This document shows positions 47,299 to 58,969 of a stretch of 64,000 nucleotides of DNA, one piece after another (position 1 is the first letter of the stretch; each line of letters opens with the position of its first letter). Source of the stretch: Leptonemataceae bacterium. Its GTDB lineage: Bacteria; Spirochaetota; Leptospiria; Leptospirales; Leptonemataceae. The notes under the pieces were generated by a model. That model was not told where the DNA came from, made no database searches, and saw only the letters and a program-made list of their open reading frames with translations. The DNA is taken from the NCBI GenBank assembly GCA_965227295.1, contig OZ245742.1, positions 3,328,001-3,392,000 on the forward strand. Reading direction: 5' to 3'. Both the position numbers and the translations under genes were made by a program.

Positions 47299-49332
47299 GT
47301 GAAAGTCTTCCTGCGATTATTCCGATACAGCCTGCGCTACCGCGGGCGCTTCTTTGCGGGCGTGGTGTTTTCGTTCTTCGTGGCCGTATTAAACGGCGTT
47401 TCCCTCACGGGCCTGATCCCCATCGTCGAAGCGCTGCGGGAAAAACGCGAAAGCTTCGTGGTGCAGTTCAGCGAATCCGAGCGGGATCTGCTGCGCAAGT
47501 CCATGGAACGCAACGCCTACTTCTGGGTGGAGACACTCATCGTTGAAAAGCGCCCGTTCATCGAAGCCCGGGACAAGGCCATGGAACTGGTGCCGGATGT
47601 TCCCGAGCCCATCGGCGGGGAGAAGGCCCGGCGATTGCTCACGTACATCGATCACCCGTACTACATCAACTTTTCCCGCTCCGATCGCAGCCGATTGGAG
47701 ACCATCGTCTACTGGCAACTGCTGGTCAACGCCGGCGAGTACCATCCGTTCTGGGTCGTGGTGCTCGTCTGTTCGGTCATGGTGCCGCTCTACTTTCTTA
47801 AGTTGATTTTTCTTCTAATTTGCGTGCGACTGATCGCCGGCACCGGCTACGAGGCGGTGCGGGACATTCGTGACGAACTCTACCGGCGCGTGCAGAGGTT
47901 GCCGCTCACGCACTTTTATCGGGAGCGTTCCGGCGAACTGGTCTCCCGCATGGTGAACGACGTCGAGATCTGCGCGGCGGTGATCTCGTCCAACATGCGC
48001 GACGCAATTACGAACGTCTTTTACATCATCACGCACCTGGCGCTGCTCGCCGTGCTGAACCTGAACCTGCTGTTGCTGTCGTTGGTGATGGTGCCGCTGA
48101 TCATTTCGCCGGTGGGCCTGGTAACGCGCAAGATCCGCAAGTCCGTAACAAAATCTCAGGAACTCTTAGCGGGCCTGCACGGACACCTGCAGGAGACCGT
48201 CTCGGGCATTCGCATCATTCGCTCGGCGGCGCGGGAGAACCACGAGGCCGAGCGCTTTCGTCAGGTGAACGATCGTTTTTCCTGGCGCGCGTTCAAGCAG
48301 ATCTTCTACTTAAAGCTCAGCCCGAACATGGTGGAGCTCACCGGCGTCATCGTCTCGTTGTTCATCATTGCCCTCGGCGCGTCGTACATGAAGCCGGGCG
48401 AGTTCAGCGACGGCCAGTTCATCGCCTTCATTGCGACGCTGATGTTCATCATCCGTCCCATCATTCAGCTTTCGAGCATGTACGCAAAGATCCAGGCGGC
48501 CAGCGCGGCGGGGGACCGCATCTTCTCGCTCATGGATCGCGAGCCCGAGGTCGTCGATCCGCCGCGGGCACGGCCGCTGCAAAAACTGCAAACGGACATC
48601 GTCTTTGATCGCGTGCACTTTACGTATCCGGAGACGGACAAGGAAGTCCTGCACGGCATAAATCTTACCGTGCCGGTCGGCAGCACCGTGGCGCTGGTGG
48701 GTGAGAGCGGCGGCGGCAAGTCCACCATGATGGACCTGCTCGCCCGCTTTTTTGATCCGACGGACGGCTCCATTCGCGTCGACGGCCACGACATCCGGGA
48801 GTACCGCGTCGCCGATCATCGCTCGCGCATCGGCATTGTGACCCAGGACATCTTTCTGTTTTACGGTACCATCTTTCAGAACATCGCCTACGGTTCGCCG
48901 ACCCACGATCGTCGCGAAGTCGAAAAGGCGGCGCGCCTGGCCTACGCCCACGATTTTATCAAAGACTTCTACGAGGGCTACAATACCCTCGTCGGAAATC
49001 GAGGGATGACGCTCTCCGGCGGCCAGCGCCAGCGCATTGCCATTGCCCGGGCGCTGCTCCACGATCCGGAGATCCTCATCCTGGATGAGGCGACCTCGGC
49101 CCTGGACACCGAGAGCGAACGTCTGGTGCAGCAGGCTCTGGAACGACTCTTCCAGGGCCGCACCACGTTCGTCATCGCTCACCGGCTGTCGACGATCGAG
49201 AAGGCCGACATCATCGTCGTTGTCTCCGACGGCGAGATCGTGGACCAGGGTACCCATGCGGAACTCATGCAGCGCGGCGGCCTGTACGCTCGGCTGCAGG
49301 ACATCAGCCGGGGCATTGAACAAAACGTTTGA
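47299..49332 (+). CDS. ABC exporter, fused permease/ATPase (MsbA-like)
   Basis: Six-TM domain; Walker A GESGGGKST; LSGGQRQR; ILILDEATSALD. Confidence 0.93.
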   Translation: MKVFLRLFRYSLRYRGRFFAGVVFSFFVAVLNGVSLTGLIPIVEALREKRESFVVQFSESERDLLRKSMERNAYFWVETLIVEKRPFIEARDKAMELVPDVPEPIGGEKARRLLTYIDHPYYINFSRSDRSRLETIVYWQLLVNAGEYHPFWVVVLVCSVMVPLYFLKLIFLLICVRLIAGTGYEAVRDIRDELYRRVQRLPLTHFYRERSGELVSRMVNDVEICAAVISSNMRDAITNVFYIITHLALLAVLNLNLLLLSLVMVPLIISPVGLVTRKIRKSVTKSQELLAGLHGHLQETVSGIRIIRSAARENHEAERFRQVNDRFSWRAFKQIFYLKLSPNMVELTGVIVSLFIIALGASYMKPGEFSDGQFIAFIATLMFIIRPIIQLSSMYAKIQAASAAGDRIFSLMDREPEVVDPPRARPLQKLQTDIVFDRVHFTYPETDKEVLHGINLTVPVGSTVALVGESGGGKSTMMDLLARFFDPTDGSIRVDGHDIREYRVADHRSRIGIVTQDIFLFYGTIFQNIAYGSPTHDRREVEKAARLAYAHDFIKDFYEGYNTLVGNRGMTLSGGQRQRIAIARALLHDPEILILDEATSALDTESERLVQQALERLFQGRTTFVIAHRLSTIEKADIIVVVSDGEIVDQGTHAELMQRGGLYARLQDISRGIEQNV

Positions 49333-49362
49333 GTAATTAGTCAGTACGCAAAGAGTAAATGA

Positions 49363-49785
49363 ATGAAGCACCTCCTGCTTGTAGACGACAACGACAAATA
49401 CGCCCGCCTGTTGACGGAGCACTTCGAGCCCCTGGGTTATACGATCGAGCGGGCCATCGACGCCGCCGAGGGTACCGCGAAGCTCCGGGACAACAAGGGC
49501 CGTTACAGTGTGATCGTTACGGACATCACCATGGAATCCCAGATGGCCGGTGTGTGGATGCTCGGCCGCATTCGCCCCGACGAGTTTACCGGAACCATCG
49601 TCGTGGCGAGCACCGGTTTCGACGTGCCCGGGGTCATGACGCTGTCCCGCCTCTTTTTTCGCGCATACGGCGTGCACTACCTGGTGCCGAAGACCACTGT
49701 TATTAAAGAAGAACCCCTGTTTTATCCGATGGGTTTTTTTTCGGAACCCGTCCGAAATTTTGTGGAAATGACGACCGAATCTTGA
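49363..49785 (+). CDS. Single-domain response regulator
   Basis: LLLVDDN, IVTDITME (phospho-Asp), VAST, LVPK. Confidence 0.85.
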   Translation: MKHLLLVDDNDKYARLLTEHFEPLGYTIERAIDAAEGTAKLRDNKGRYSVIVTDITMESQMAGVWMLGRIRPDEFTGTIVVASTGFDVPGVMTLSRLFFRAYGVHYLVPKTTVIKEEPLFYPMGFFSEPVRNFVEMTTES

Positions 49786-49890
49786 ACAAATGAATTGTCA
49801 CAGGTAAACGCGTGCGGGGGCAGCCGGTTTAAATCGCTCCCGGAGCGGGCGACCTTCGTCCAACACTCGCACGGAGGCGTATACAGATCG

Positions 49891-50967
49891 ATGGACCAAA
49901 AACCTCTGATTCGCATCACCAGCATGGGTATCCTGGCGGCATTGCTGGCCTGCGGGCCCACCATTCCCGTTCGTTTTCCCCAGTATCCCCGCGCCACGGG
50001 CGGCCAGCTCAAGGCCGTGCTCGAAGGCGGGCGGAACGTGGGCATCGTTGCGGCGAAGCCCAACCCGGCGATCATGCGGGCCGTGGGCTACGAAAACGAC
50101 TGGTCGGACACCATTGAAGCCGCGGTTACCACCGAACTCACGAAGAAGGAATTTTACAGCATCGTAGATCTTTCCGGTCGGAAGGATCGCCTCCGCGAAC
50201 TGGCCTATACGCAGAGCGGTATGACCGCCGAGTCCCTGGAAATCGGTCGGGAACTGGCCATCAACTCCATGTTCATTGTGCAGATGACTCAGGCTCCGCG
50301 CCAGGAGTGCAAGCAGGAGATGGTCGCCGACTATTCCGGTTACGCCATGGAGTTGGCCCTGGCAAAGGCTCAGGGCGATGGCGGTGGATCCGAACCGCAG
50401 CTCGAAAAACGCACCGGTGTTCTGTACCTCACCCTGTTCGTGCGCGGTCGCCTCACGAGCGTGGAGACCGGTAAGTCCGTGTCGCATCTGCACAAAAAGC
50501 CCTACCGTCACGTTGGCAAGGTTGGCGATACGGAATGCCCGTCCTCGCTGACGGCCTTTGAAAAGGCCCTGGACCAGGCCGCCAAAGACCTGGCCGACAA
50601 TCTCTCTCCACAGGTCGTTGAGCTTCCGGTCCCGTTGCTGGAGGATGCCGACGACGTCCCGGACGAAGAGACGCGCGGCATGGTTTCGGCGCGGCTGAAT
50701 TCGGGGAACCAGTGGGCGGAGGCGGCGAACTTCGAACGGGCCGCAAAGGACTGGCGCCGGGCACTCAGCGAGTCCAACGGCGAGTCCGTGTCGGCGCTCT
50801 GGAACCTGGCGGTCTATAGCTGGTACGTCGGTGACTACGACGAGGCGGAGCGTTACTTCGACATGGCCCTGGACGGCGGCGGCCCGGCCTGGTTGGACGG
50901 TGCCAAGCGCGAGCTGGTCTCCCGCTTCGCCGAACAAAAGCGCCTTGCCGAAGGCGCGAAGCGATAG
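49891..50967 (+). CDS. lipL41: LipL41-like lipoprotein with C-terminal TPR
   Basis: Lipobox LLAC; RNVGI, YSIVDLSGR, KRTGV, VETG, VGDTECPS and NLSP blocks recalled from Leptospira LipL41. Confidence 0.72.
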   Translation: MDQKPLIRITSMGILAALLACGPTIPVRFPQYPRATGGQLKAVLEGGRNVGIVAAKPNPAIMRAVGYENDWSDTIEAAVTTELTKKEFYSIVDLSGRKDRLRELAYTQSGMTAESLEIGRELAINSMFIVQMTQAPRQECKQEMVADYSGYAMELALAKAQGDGGGSEPQLEKRTGVLYLTLFVRGRLTSVETGKSVSHLHKKPYRHVGKVGDTECPSSLTAFEKALDQAAKDLADNLSPQVVELPVPLLEDADDVPDEETRGMVSARLNSGNQWAEAANFERAAKDWRRALSESNGESVSALWNLAVYSWYVGDYDEAERYFDMALDGGGPAWLDGAKRELVSRFAEQKRLAEGAKR

Positions 50968-51058
50968 TTTCCTGGCAAAGGCGTGCGCTGTCGCTTTCGA
51001 AACCGTTGTTTCGAGGCCGATTCTTAGATTATAGTGAGCACGCCTTAAGAGGTCTGTC

Positions 51059-51859
51059 ATGAGTAGCGTAGTACACACGTCCGCGATCCGGTCGTTTTCC
51101 ATTGTCCTCCTGTTGGTTGTCATAACCTGTTCCACGTCTCCCACCGGCCGCAGCCAGGTCACCTTCATGAGCGATGAAGAGATGAACCAGATGGGAGCGG
51201 AGGCTTTCGAGGACATCAAGACGAAGACCCCCATTGAATCGGCGCCCGGGCCGAATACATACGTGCGTTGCATTACTTCCGCGTTGCTGGAAGTTACCCA
51301 GGACGATACCGGCGTGGCCGCCTGGGAAGTCGTTGTCTTCCGCGACAATACGGCGAACGCCTTTGCTTTGCCGGGCGGTAAGATCGGCGTGCACACCGGT
51401 ATCCTGCCCATCGCGCGCTCGGCGGACCAACTGGCCGCGGTGCTCGGCCATGAGATCGGTCACGTGATTGCCCGCCACGGCAACGAGCGTGTAAGCCAGG
51501 CCGCCGGACTCAACGCCGCCATGGGGGTCCTCGGGGCCGTCGTGGAAAATGAAACGGTGCTCGGTGCCATGGGAGCCGGCGCGCAGTACGGCGTGCTGTT
51601 GCCGTTCGGTCGTGAACACGAGACCGAGGCGGACATCATCGGTCAGCAAATCATGGCGAAGGCCGGTTTTAATCCGGAAGCCGCCATGAAACTGTGGGAA
51701 AACATGGCCGCGGCGGGCGGGGAATCGCCGCCGGAAATCATGTCCACGCACCCGGCCCACGATACGCGCATCAAGGGCTTGCGCGATAATTTGCCGAACG
51801 TCCTGCCGCTATATGCGCAGGCCCGGGCCGCCGGCAAGAATCCGAACTGCCGTCTCTAA
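51059..51859 (+). CDS. M48 family metallopeptidase (lipoprotein)
   Basis: ANAFALPGGKIGV, HEIGH zinc motif, ETEAD, MSTHP. Confidence 0.93.
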   Translation: MSSVVHTSAIRSFSIVLLLVVITCSTSPTGRSQVTFMSDEEMNQMGAEAFEDIKTKTPIESAPGPNTYVRCITSALLEVTQDDTGVAAWEVVVFRDNTANAFALPGGKIGVHTGILPIARSADQLAAVLGHEIGHVIARHGNERVSQAAGLNAAMGVLGAVVENETVLGAMGAGAQYGVLLPFGREHETEADIIGQQIMAKAGFNPEAAMKLWENMAAAGGESPPEIMSTHPAHDTRIKGLRDNLPNVLPLYAQARAAGKNPNCRL

Positions 51860-52152
51860 TGCGGCTAATCTTAGTTTGTACGATGTTACGGCGTTCCCTG
51901 GTTGCCGTGCTGCTGCTCGCCGTGACGGCGTGCACGGCGCGGCCGAGCGAAGAGGAGTGTCTGCGCAGTCTGGAGAATTTTTTCCGAATCAGCACGGGCG
52001 GCATTCTGAGCGAGGCCGAAGTGCAGCGCATGGTTCAAGAACAGGACCGTGATCTCACGGCGGTCTGCCGCGAAAAGAAAAGCCGCGAGCAGGTATTGTG
52101 TGAAATCGAAGCGACGAACCTGGCGGAGCTGAAGGCGTGCGGGGCTCAGTGA
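51859..52152 (+). CDS. Small four-Cys lipoprotein (possibly Lep-like)
   Basis: Lipobox VTAC, RPSEEEC...VC...LC..ATNLAELKAC; start overlaps the upstream stop. Confidence 0.6.
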   Translation: MRLILVCTMLRRSLVAVLLLAVTACTARPSEEECLRSLENFFRISTGGILSEAEVQRMVQEQDRDLTAVCREKKSREQVLCEIEATNLAELKACGAQ

Positions 52153-52217
52153 TCTTTTCGCCACAGAGAACACAGAGTCGCTTAAGCGGAAATCAACACC
52201 CCTGGCCCCTGCGACGG

Positions 52218-52631
52218 CTAACATTCCTTGATCGGAAAGCACACTTCCTGGCTGACGTTATTCCGGTCGCCGACCTTTGAATCCGAGAACGTCGCGAACC
52301 GGCCGTCCGGCAGGGCCATACAGTAGAAGTTCGCGTCTTCGTTTTGATGGTACAACGTGCCGTAGAGTCGCGGCGAGACGCCGTCCTGGAATTGCACGAG
52401 AAAGGTGAGGCCGTAGTGCCGCCGCAGTTCCTCCTCGGACGTGACGCGTTTCACCACCTTTTGCTTGAGGCCGCGGGTGGTGTCGCAGTTGTCCGGAATG
52501 CCGCGATGAAAGGTGACTGCCCCCTTTTCACTGCGGCCCGTAAAGAGGGCGCAACTTCCGGCCAGCAGGGCGAGCAGGCAGACGGCAGCCGTGTTTGCGA
52601 ATAACGTGGGACGGGAAGAATGATTCATCAT
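52218..52631 (-). CDS. Hypothetical lipoprotein
   Basis: LLALLAGSC lipobox; Cys-containing soluble domain. Confidence 0.6.
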   Translation of the reverse strand: MMNHSSRPTLFANTAAVCLLALLAGSCALFTGRSEKGAVTFHRGIPDNCDTTRGLKQKVVKRVTSEEELRRHYGLTFLVQFQDGVSPRLYGTLYHQNEDANFYCMALPDGRFATFSDSKVGDRNNVSQEVCFPIKEC

Positions 52632-52687
52632 AAGGTTTACAGAAAAAGTACGGCGCGAAAAATCTGACAAGACCTTTCCCGTCTGCC

Positions 52688-53875
52688 ATGAACACCGTCA
52701 GCCCCGCAGAACTCTCCGATCTCGAACGTTATGAGGATGAACTTCTCGCCCCGTACGCCATGCTGCACCGGCATCACGGCGGGCGCATTCACGGTTCCGA
52801 GCCCCATGCCTATCGCACGGCGTATCAGCGAGACCGGGACCGCGTCATTCATTCGAAGGCGTTTCGCCGCCTCGGCTACAAAACTCAGGTCTTCGTCAAT
52901 CATGAGGGGGACAACTATCGCACGCGCTTGACGCACTCTCTCGAAGTGGCGCAGGTTTCGCGTAGCATTTGCGGGGCGCTGCGTTTGAACCGGGACTTCG
53001 CCGAAACCCTGGCGCTGGCCCACGACCTCGGGCACACGCCCTTCGGTCACGCGGGCCAGGACGCCCTGGACGATTGCATGCGCGAGCACGGCGGCTTCGA
53101 GCATAACTGCCAGTCCCTGCGCCTGGTCAGCGGCCTGGAAGCCCGCTATCCGGGCTACGCCGGCCTTAACTTAACACGGTCATCACTTAAGGGCATGATG
53201 AAACACGCCCGCATCTACGATGTGGACGACAGCCTGCGCGAAATTTGCAATGAACGCGGCCGGGAAGTCATGAGCCTCGAAGCCTCGCTGGTGGATCACT
53301 GCGATCGCATCGCTTACATTCATCACGACCTGGAAGACGGACTGGACTCGCGCATCCTGGAACTCGCCGAACTGCACGAGATCGCGGTGTGGCGGGACAT
53401 GTATCGCGAGACCGAGGCCGCCGGCGGGGAGACGTTTCGCACGGCCCGGGAGCCGCTGCGTCTGCGCGCCGTGATCCGCCGCATGATGGACGCGTCCATC
53501 GCGGATCTGTTCGCAACGACGAAGGCCAATCTCGAACGCCTGGAGCCGCAAGATCTTACGGAAGTCCTGAACATGCCGGCCCACGATCATCCCGTGCGGT
53601 ACGGCAGCGAGATGCGCGAGCGTCTGGCCGAACTTCAGCGTTTGCTGTTCAAGCGGTTGTATCGTTTCCCGCGGGTGGAGCAGATGTCTCGCCGGGGCCA
53701 GCGCATCATTTCGTTTCTCTTTCGCGAGTACGTCGAACATCCCGGCATGATGCCCGCGCACTACCAGGAACGCATTGCGGAAATCGGCGTGCATCGCACG
53801 GTGTGCGATTACGTTTCCGGTATGACCGATCGTTTCGCGGCGGAGCAGTATCGTTATCTCACCGGCGAAGAGTAA
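52688..53875 (+). CDS. dgt: Deoxyguanosinetriphosphate triphosphohydrolase (HD family)
   Basis: RTAYQRDRDR, RRLGYKTQV, RTRLTHSLEV, LAHDLGHTPFGHAG, DYVSGMTD. Confidence 0.95.
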   Translation: MNTVSPAELSDLERYEDELLAPYAMLHRHHGGRIHGSEPHAYRTAYQRDRDRVIHSKAFRRLGYKTQVFVNHEGDNYRTRLTHSLEVAQVSRSICGALRLNRDFAETLALAHDLGHTPFGHAGQDALDDCMREHGGFEHNCQSLRLVSGLEARYPGYAGLNLTRSSLKGMMKHARIYDVDDSLREICNERGREVMSLEASLVDHCDRIAYIHHDLEDGLDSRILELAELHEIAVWRDMYRETEAAGGETFRTAREPLRLRAVIRRMMDASIADLFATTKANLERLEPQDLTEVLNMPAHDHPVRYGSEMRERLAELQRLLFKRLYRFPRVEQMSRRGQRIISFLFREYVEHPGMMPAHYQERIAEIGVHRTVCDYVSGMTDRFAAEQYRYLTGEE

Positions 53876-53877
53876 GA

Positions 53878-54258
53878 TCAACCGGTGCGCCACCAATGAC
53901 CCAGGGCATAACCCGCGAACGCCAGCAGCACGCCGCCGATAACGGACACGCCGGCGTAAACGAACGCTAACATCATCTGGCCGCGCTGTAAGAAAAAGAC
54001 GATGTCCAGGCTGAACGTGGAAAACGTCGTAAACGAACCCAGCAGCCCCACCATAAAAAACAAACGCCACGCCGGATGCGCGGCGAAGGCGTCCGCGGCA
54101 CCGGCGGCGAGCAGGGCGATGACGAAGGAACCGAGCCAGTTCGCGACTACGATGCCGTAGGGAAAATCGGAACCGCTTGCGCGAAGAAAACCCAGCACCG
54201 TCCAGTAACGCAGGAAGGTGCCGAGGATGCCGCCGGCGGCCAGAGCGAGATACTGCAT
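53878..54258 (-). CDS. crcB: Fluoride efflux channel CrcB/Fluc
   Basis: GGILGTFLRY, PYGIVVANWLGSF, GLLGSFTTFSTF. Confidence 0.93.
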   Translation of the reverse strand: MQYLALAAGGILGTFLRYWTVLGFLRASGSDFPYGIVVANWLGSFVIALLAAGAADAFAAHPAWRLFFMVGLLGSFTTFSTFSLDIVFFLQRGQMMLAFVYAGVSVIGGVLLAFAGYALGHWWRTG

Positions 54259-54360
54259 GGCCCAGCACAGCTCTCCGGCCCTCGAAGACCAGCGGAATTT
54301 CCGTTATCGCTTTTCGCGAATGCGCCGATACAAATACACAGGGACACCGAGGAGAGAGTC

Positions 54361-54795
54361 ATGTCGAGAAGCACCATCTACGCCGGCCGTGATACCGACG
54401 TTCATATCGAGGACATCCGTTACGAAATTACCATCAAGGCCTCGCCGGCCGCGGTGTTCGACGCTCTCGTGGATGCCCGCGTCATCGACGAATGGGGCGG
54501 CGGCCCGGCTCGCATCCAGGCCCGGCCTAACGGCCGCTATTCCCTCTGGGACGGCGAGATGTTCGGTACGGTGAAAGAGATCGAATACCCGCGCCGCCTG
54601 GTGCACACGCTCCGCGAAGCGCACTGGGACGAATCCTGCTTCGACTCCCTCGTGACCTGGACGCTCGAAGAGAACGAACGCGGCACGCTGCTCACGCTCA
54701 ATCACTCCGGCCTGCCCACGCGCAAGATTCGCGAGATCCACAACGACGGCTGGGGAGAATACTTCCTGGGGCCGCTTAAAGTACATTTAGAATAA
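54361..54795 (+). CDS. SRPBCC/AHSA1 domain protein
   Basis: IKASPAAVFDAL, PRRLVHT, GTLLTLNHSG, GWGEYFLGPLK; GAGGAG ribosome-binding site upstream. Confidence 0.85.
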   Translation: MSRSTIYAGRDTDVHIEDIRYEITIKASPAAVFDALVDARVIDEWGGGPARIQARPNGRYSLWDGEMFGTVKEIEYPRRLVHTLREAHWDESCFDSLVTWTLEENERGTLLTLNHSGLPTRKIREIHNDGWGEYFLGPLKVHLE

Positions 54796-54844
54796 CTTAG
54801 CCGCCCTGAAGAAAGTGATGGGGTAAAAGATTGCTCAAGCCTTG

Positions 54845-56207
<1,363 letters not shown>

Positions 56208-56233
56208 GTTAAAGTCATTCAAGCAATCACCGC

Positions 56234-56656
56234 ATGACAGCCGGAAAACACATGGGCCCGGGCGGCCGTCCTTATCAGGCGCTCATCTGCGAAGACAAAA
56301 AGCAGGAAGCCCAGCGCCTGCGCCAGATCCTGGAAAGCCGCGGCTATCACGTGGTGGACGTCGCCGAAAACGGCCGCGATCTACTGCGCATGCTCGAAGA
56401 ACATCGCGGGAAGATCGACTTCGTCATGCTCGACATCATCATGCCGGTCCTCGACGGCTACGCGGCGTTCCATGAAATGATCGAACAAAAGCACAGCGTG
56501 CGTACGATCTTCCTGTCCGTAGAAAATTCGAAGGCCGTCATCGAAAGCCTGCTACGTCTGGGAGCGGCGGAGTACATTACGAAACCCTTTGATCGCGACA
56601 GCGTGTTGCAAAAGGTCGAAAAGGCCCTGACGAAGAAAGCACCGGTTTATGAGTAA
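56234..56656 (+). CDS. Single-domain response regulator (CheY-like)
   Basis: LICED, VMLDIIMPVLDG, YITKPF. Confidence 0.9.
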   Translation: MTAGKHMGPGGRPYQALICEDKKQEAQRLRQILESRGYHVVDVAENGRDLLRMLEEHRGKIDFVMLDIIMPVLDGYAAFHEMIEQKHSVRTIFLSVENSKAVIESLLRLGAAEYITKPFDRDSVLQKVEKALTKKAPVYE

Positions 56657-56660
56657 GAAG

Positions 56661-56842
56661 TTTCACTCCGAGGACCGAGGGGCCGGTTTTTTTGGGGAGA
56701 GTGATCGTACTGCGAACGTGTTCGGGCTATGAAGGCTTTTGATTTCTGAATCAGGACAGTCGAAGCGTGCATAGCCAGTACGCGTTCAGACTCAGACCAC
56801 CCTCACAATCTTCGCCTCGGTACCTCGGTCCTCGGCGTAAAA
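56661..56842. repeat. Inverted-repeat-bounded intergenic element (CCGAG-type)
   Basis: TTTCACTCCGAGGACCGAGG ... CCTCGGTCCTCGGCGTAAAA. Confidence 0.7.
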
Positions 56843-56848
56843 CCAATC

Positions 56849-57385
56849 TCAGTCCTTCCGGCGTTTGCGGAAATCCACTTCGATCACCCGCGACTCGTCG
56901 CCGGGCTTGCCCTTGTCTTTCGAAGCCGTGCGCTTGCCGCCGCTTTTCGCCGCTTTGTCCGTGGGGAAGGACTGCACGTCACCGTCTTCTTTCTTCGAAG
57001 CGGAGTTCGATTCCCCGGCTTTCGTTTCGTCGCCGGCGCTCTCTTCTTCCGGGGACGGCGTCGCCCATTGCATAATCACCTGACCGCCCTTATCGAAGAC
57101 GCGGCCGATGCACTCGTACGGGATCTGCACGCCTTCCCAACGATTGAACTGCAGCTCGCAGTACAGAAAGTCCTCGTCCCAGGAAAGATGGCGCGTGCTG
57201 TAGGGACCAAAGACCAGGACGATGCCTTCTTCTTTTTCCCGTTCCTGCAAACCGCGCGTGCCGATGACCAGGCGATCGTGGGGCATGCAGTGAATATAGA
57301 ACGTGTCGCAGTGCTGAAACATCACGTCGAGCACGGCCTTTTTCAGCACGCGGTTCTGAGTTAGGATTCCTTCGTCGTCAGCCAT
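56849..57385 (-). CDS. SspB-like (stringent starvation protein B / ClpXP adaptor) protein
   Basis: IVLVF, LSWDEDFLYCELQF, VQIPYECI, disordered linker, C-terminal VIEVDFRK. Confidence 0.7.
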   Translation of the reverse strand: MADDEGILTQNRVLKKAVLDVMFQHCDTFYIHCMPHDRLVIGTRGLQEREKEEGIVLVFGPYSTRHLSWDEDFLYCELQFNRWEGVQIPYECIGRVFDKGGQVIMQWATPSPEEESAGDETKAGESNSASKKEDGDVQSFPTDKAAKSGGKRTASKDKGKPGDESRVIEVDFRKRRKD

Positions 57386-57415
57386 GGTTTTGTTCCCGGA
57401 AGTACCGGAGATGTG

Positions 57416-58240
57416 TTACACGATGCGGATCGCGTTCAGGTTGCGTCCGCGGTCGCCGCGCCGGTGGGAAAAGAAACTGGAGTTGGCCTCGTAGGTGCAA
57501 CCATCCGACAGCGGTTCCAGCCATTCCACTGCAACGCCGTCGTCTTTCAAGTGTTCCCGGCCCCCGGCACGTAAAAAGTCCTGTCGATGCATCCGGAATT
57601 TGCGCAGGGCTTCCTCGACCTGTAGCCGTGCCTCCGCGGCCAGATCCAGGCGAAACTTTTCCGGACTGCGCTGTGGGTCCAGTCCGCCCGGACGTACCTG
57701 GGTAAAATGCCGGGCGACATCCTCGCCGACCTCGTAGAAATCCCTGCTGATGCACGGCCCGACCCAGACGCTGCCGCTGATCCTGGTCCCATTCGGGAAC
57801 ATACGGAGCACCCGCCCCAGGGTTTTGCCGATGATGTGCGCGTGCATGCCGCGCCAGCCGGCATGAATCACACCAACGAAGGTTCCTGCGCCCTCATCCG
57901 GAGCGCGGAGCGCAAAGAACAGCGGCAGGCAGTCGGCAGTGCGCACGACGAGCAAGATCCCGGCGTCATTCGTGAAGAGGGCGTCCGCTTCGGCAAAATG
58001 GGCCTGATGAAAGGCCTTATGCAACTCCTCCGCATTATCGAAAACGCGCACACTGGTTTCGCCATGGACCTGTTTTAGAAATACGATGCGTTCTTCCGGA
58101 ACGCCGGTATGCTCCGCGAGCCAGCGGCGTTCCCGGCGGCGCTGCTCGTCGGCATCGGCCTCCGGCGGCTCCCCGAGTTCCGGCTTTGCCGCGGTAAAGG
58201 CATCCACTCCGGGTTCACCGGGTAGATCATACGAAATCAT
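57416..58240 (-). CDS. YfiH/PgeF family (laccase-domain / purine nucleoside phosphorylase) protein
   Basis: LKQVHG, EADALFT, VRTADCLP, IHAGWRG, GPCI, CT...FFSHRRG. Confidence 0.92.
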   Translation of the reverse strand: MISYDLPGEPGVDAFTAAKPELGEPPEADADEQRRRERRWLAEHTGVPEERIVFLKQVHGETSVRVFDNAEELHKAFHQAHFAEADALFTNDAGILLVVRTADCLPLFFALRAPDEGAGTFVGVIHAGWRGMHAHIIGKTLGRVLRMFPNGTRISGSVWVGPCISRDFYEVGEDVARHFTQVRPGGLDPQRSPEKFRLDLAAEARLQVEEALRKFRMHRQDFLRAGGREHLKDDGVAVEWLEPLSDGCTYEANSSFFSHRRGDRGRNLNAIRIV

Positions 58241-58887
58241 AGCGAATTGCCGGAGTAAAGATCGTGAGTGCGCTGGAGTTCGGCTTCCTCTTCCAGAGAA
58301 AGCACGTCCTGAGGCACCAGGTACTTATGCAGCGCGGCGCCATTGTCTTGATCGGCGGAACCGTTCAGCGCAGCCACGGATTCGATGACCCGTCCCAGGA
58401 GCCCCAGGAACGGGACCGTGGGCGCGGTGTTTAAGTCGAGGCGACGACCGGACGGAGCGGAAGTCCCGTCCGGCACCTGCGTGTTCTGGAGATCGAAGCG
58501 GCGCGGGTAAAGATAGAACGCCAACAGCTTGCGGCCTGGCGAGTAGATGTGCGTGAGCAGGTAGCGATCGCTCCGGGCGAGTTCGGGGATGAGGATGATT
58601 TCCTGGACCCCGCGAAAAAAGTCGGGCGGGATCTCTCCGTCCGGCGCGGTCGACGCTCCGGAGGACATGGCCATGCTCAGACGATGGGCGAGCTGGTCCG
58701 GCGTGTAGGTGCAGTTCTGTCGACGTCGCGTGAGGCGTTCCCGGGACCGCACGCGCAGTCGATACCGTCCGGCGCGCAGAATGCGTGAGTGCAGGCCCTG
58801 AGAATGGTCCTGGAAGTCTTCCAGCTTTTCGCGGATGCGATCTTCGAGTTCGTGCTGATCGAACGGGTTGTCGCCGGTCTCGCTCAT
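58237..58887 (-). CDS. Hypothetical protein
   Basis: Start at MSETGDN; ATGA overlap with the yfiH-like start suggests translational coupling. Confidence 0.6.
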   Translation of the reverse strand: MSETGDNPFDQHELEDRIREKLEDFQDHSQGLHSRILRAGRYRLRVRSRERLTRRRQNCTYTPDQLAHRLSMAMSSGASTAPDGEIPPDFFRGVQEIILIPELARSDRYLLTHIYSPGRKLLAFYLYPRRFDLQNTQVPDGTSAPSGRRLDLNTAPTVPFLGLLGRVIESVAALNGSADQDNGAALHKYLVPQDVLSLEEEAELQRTHDLYSGNSL

Positions 58888-58969
58888 GCTCTTGCGATAA
58901 TAGCGAGATGGGGGCGCTCGTAAATCGATTTTTTGTAGGCCCGGCGCACCCCGTGGCGACGCTGGTACC

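Noticed and set aside
54259..54360. Fluoride riboswitch upstream of crcB
   Set aside because: No GGxGATG...GCTxATGAC consensus visible on the minus strand.
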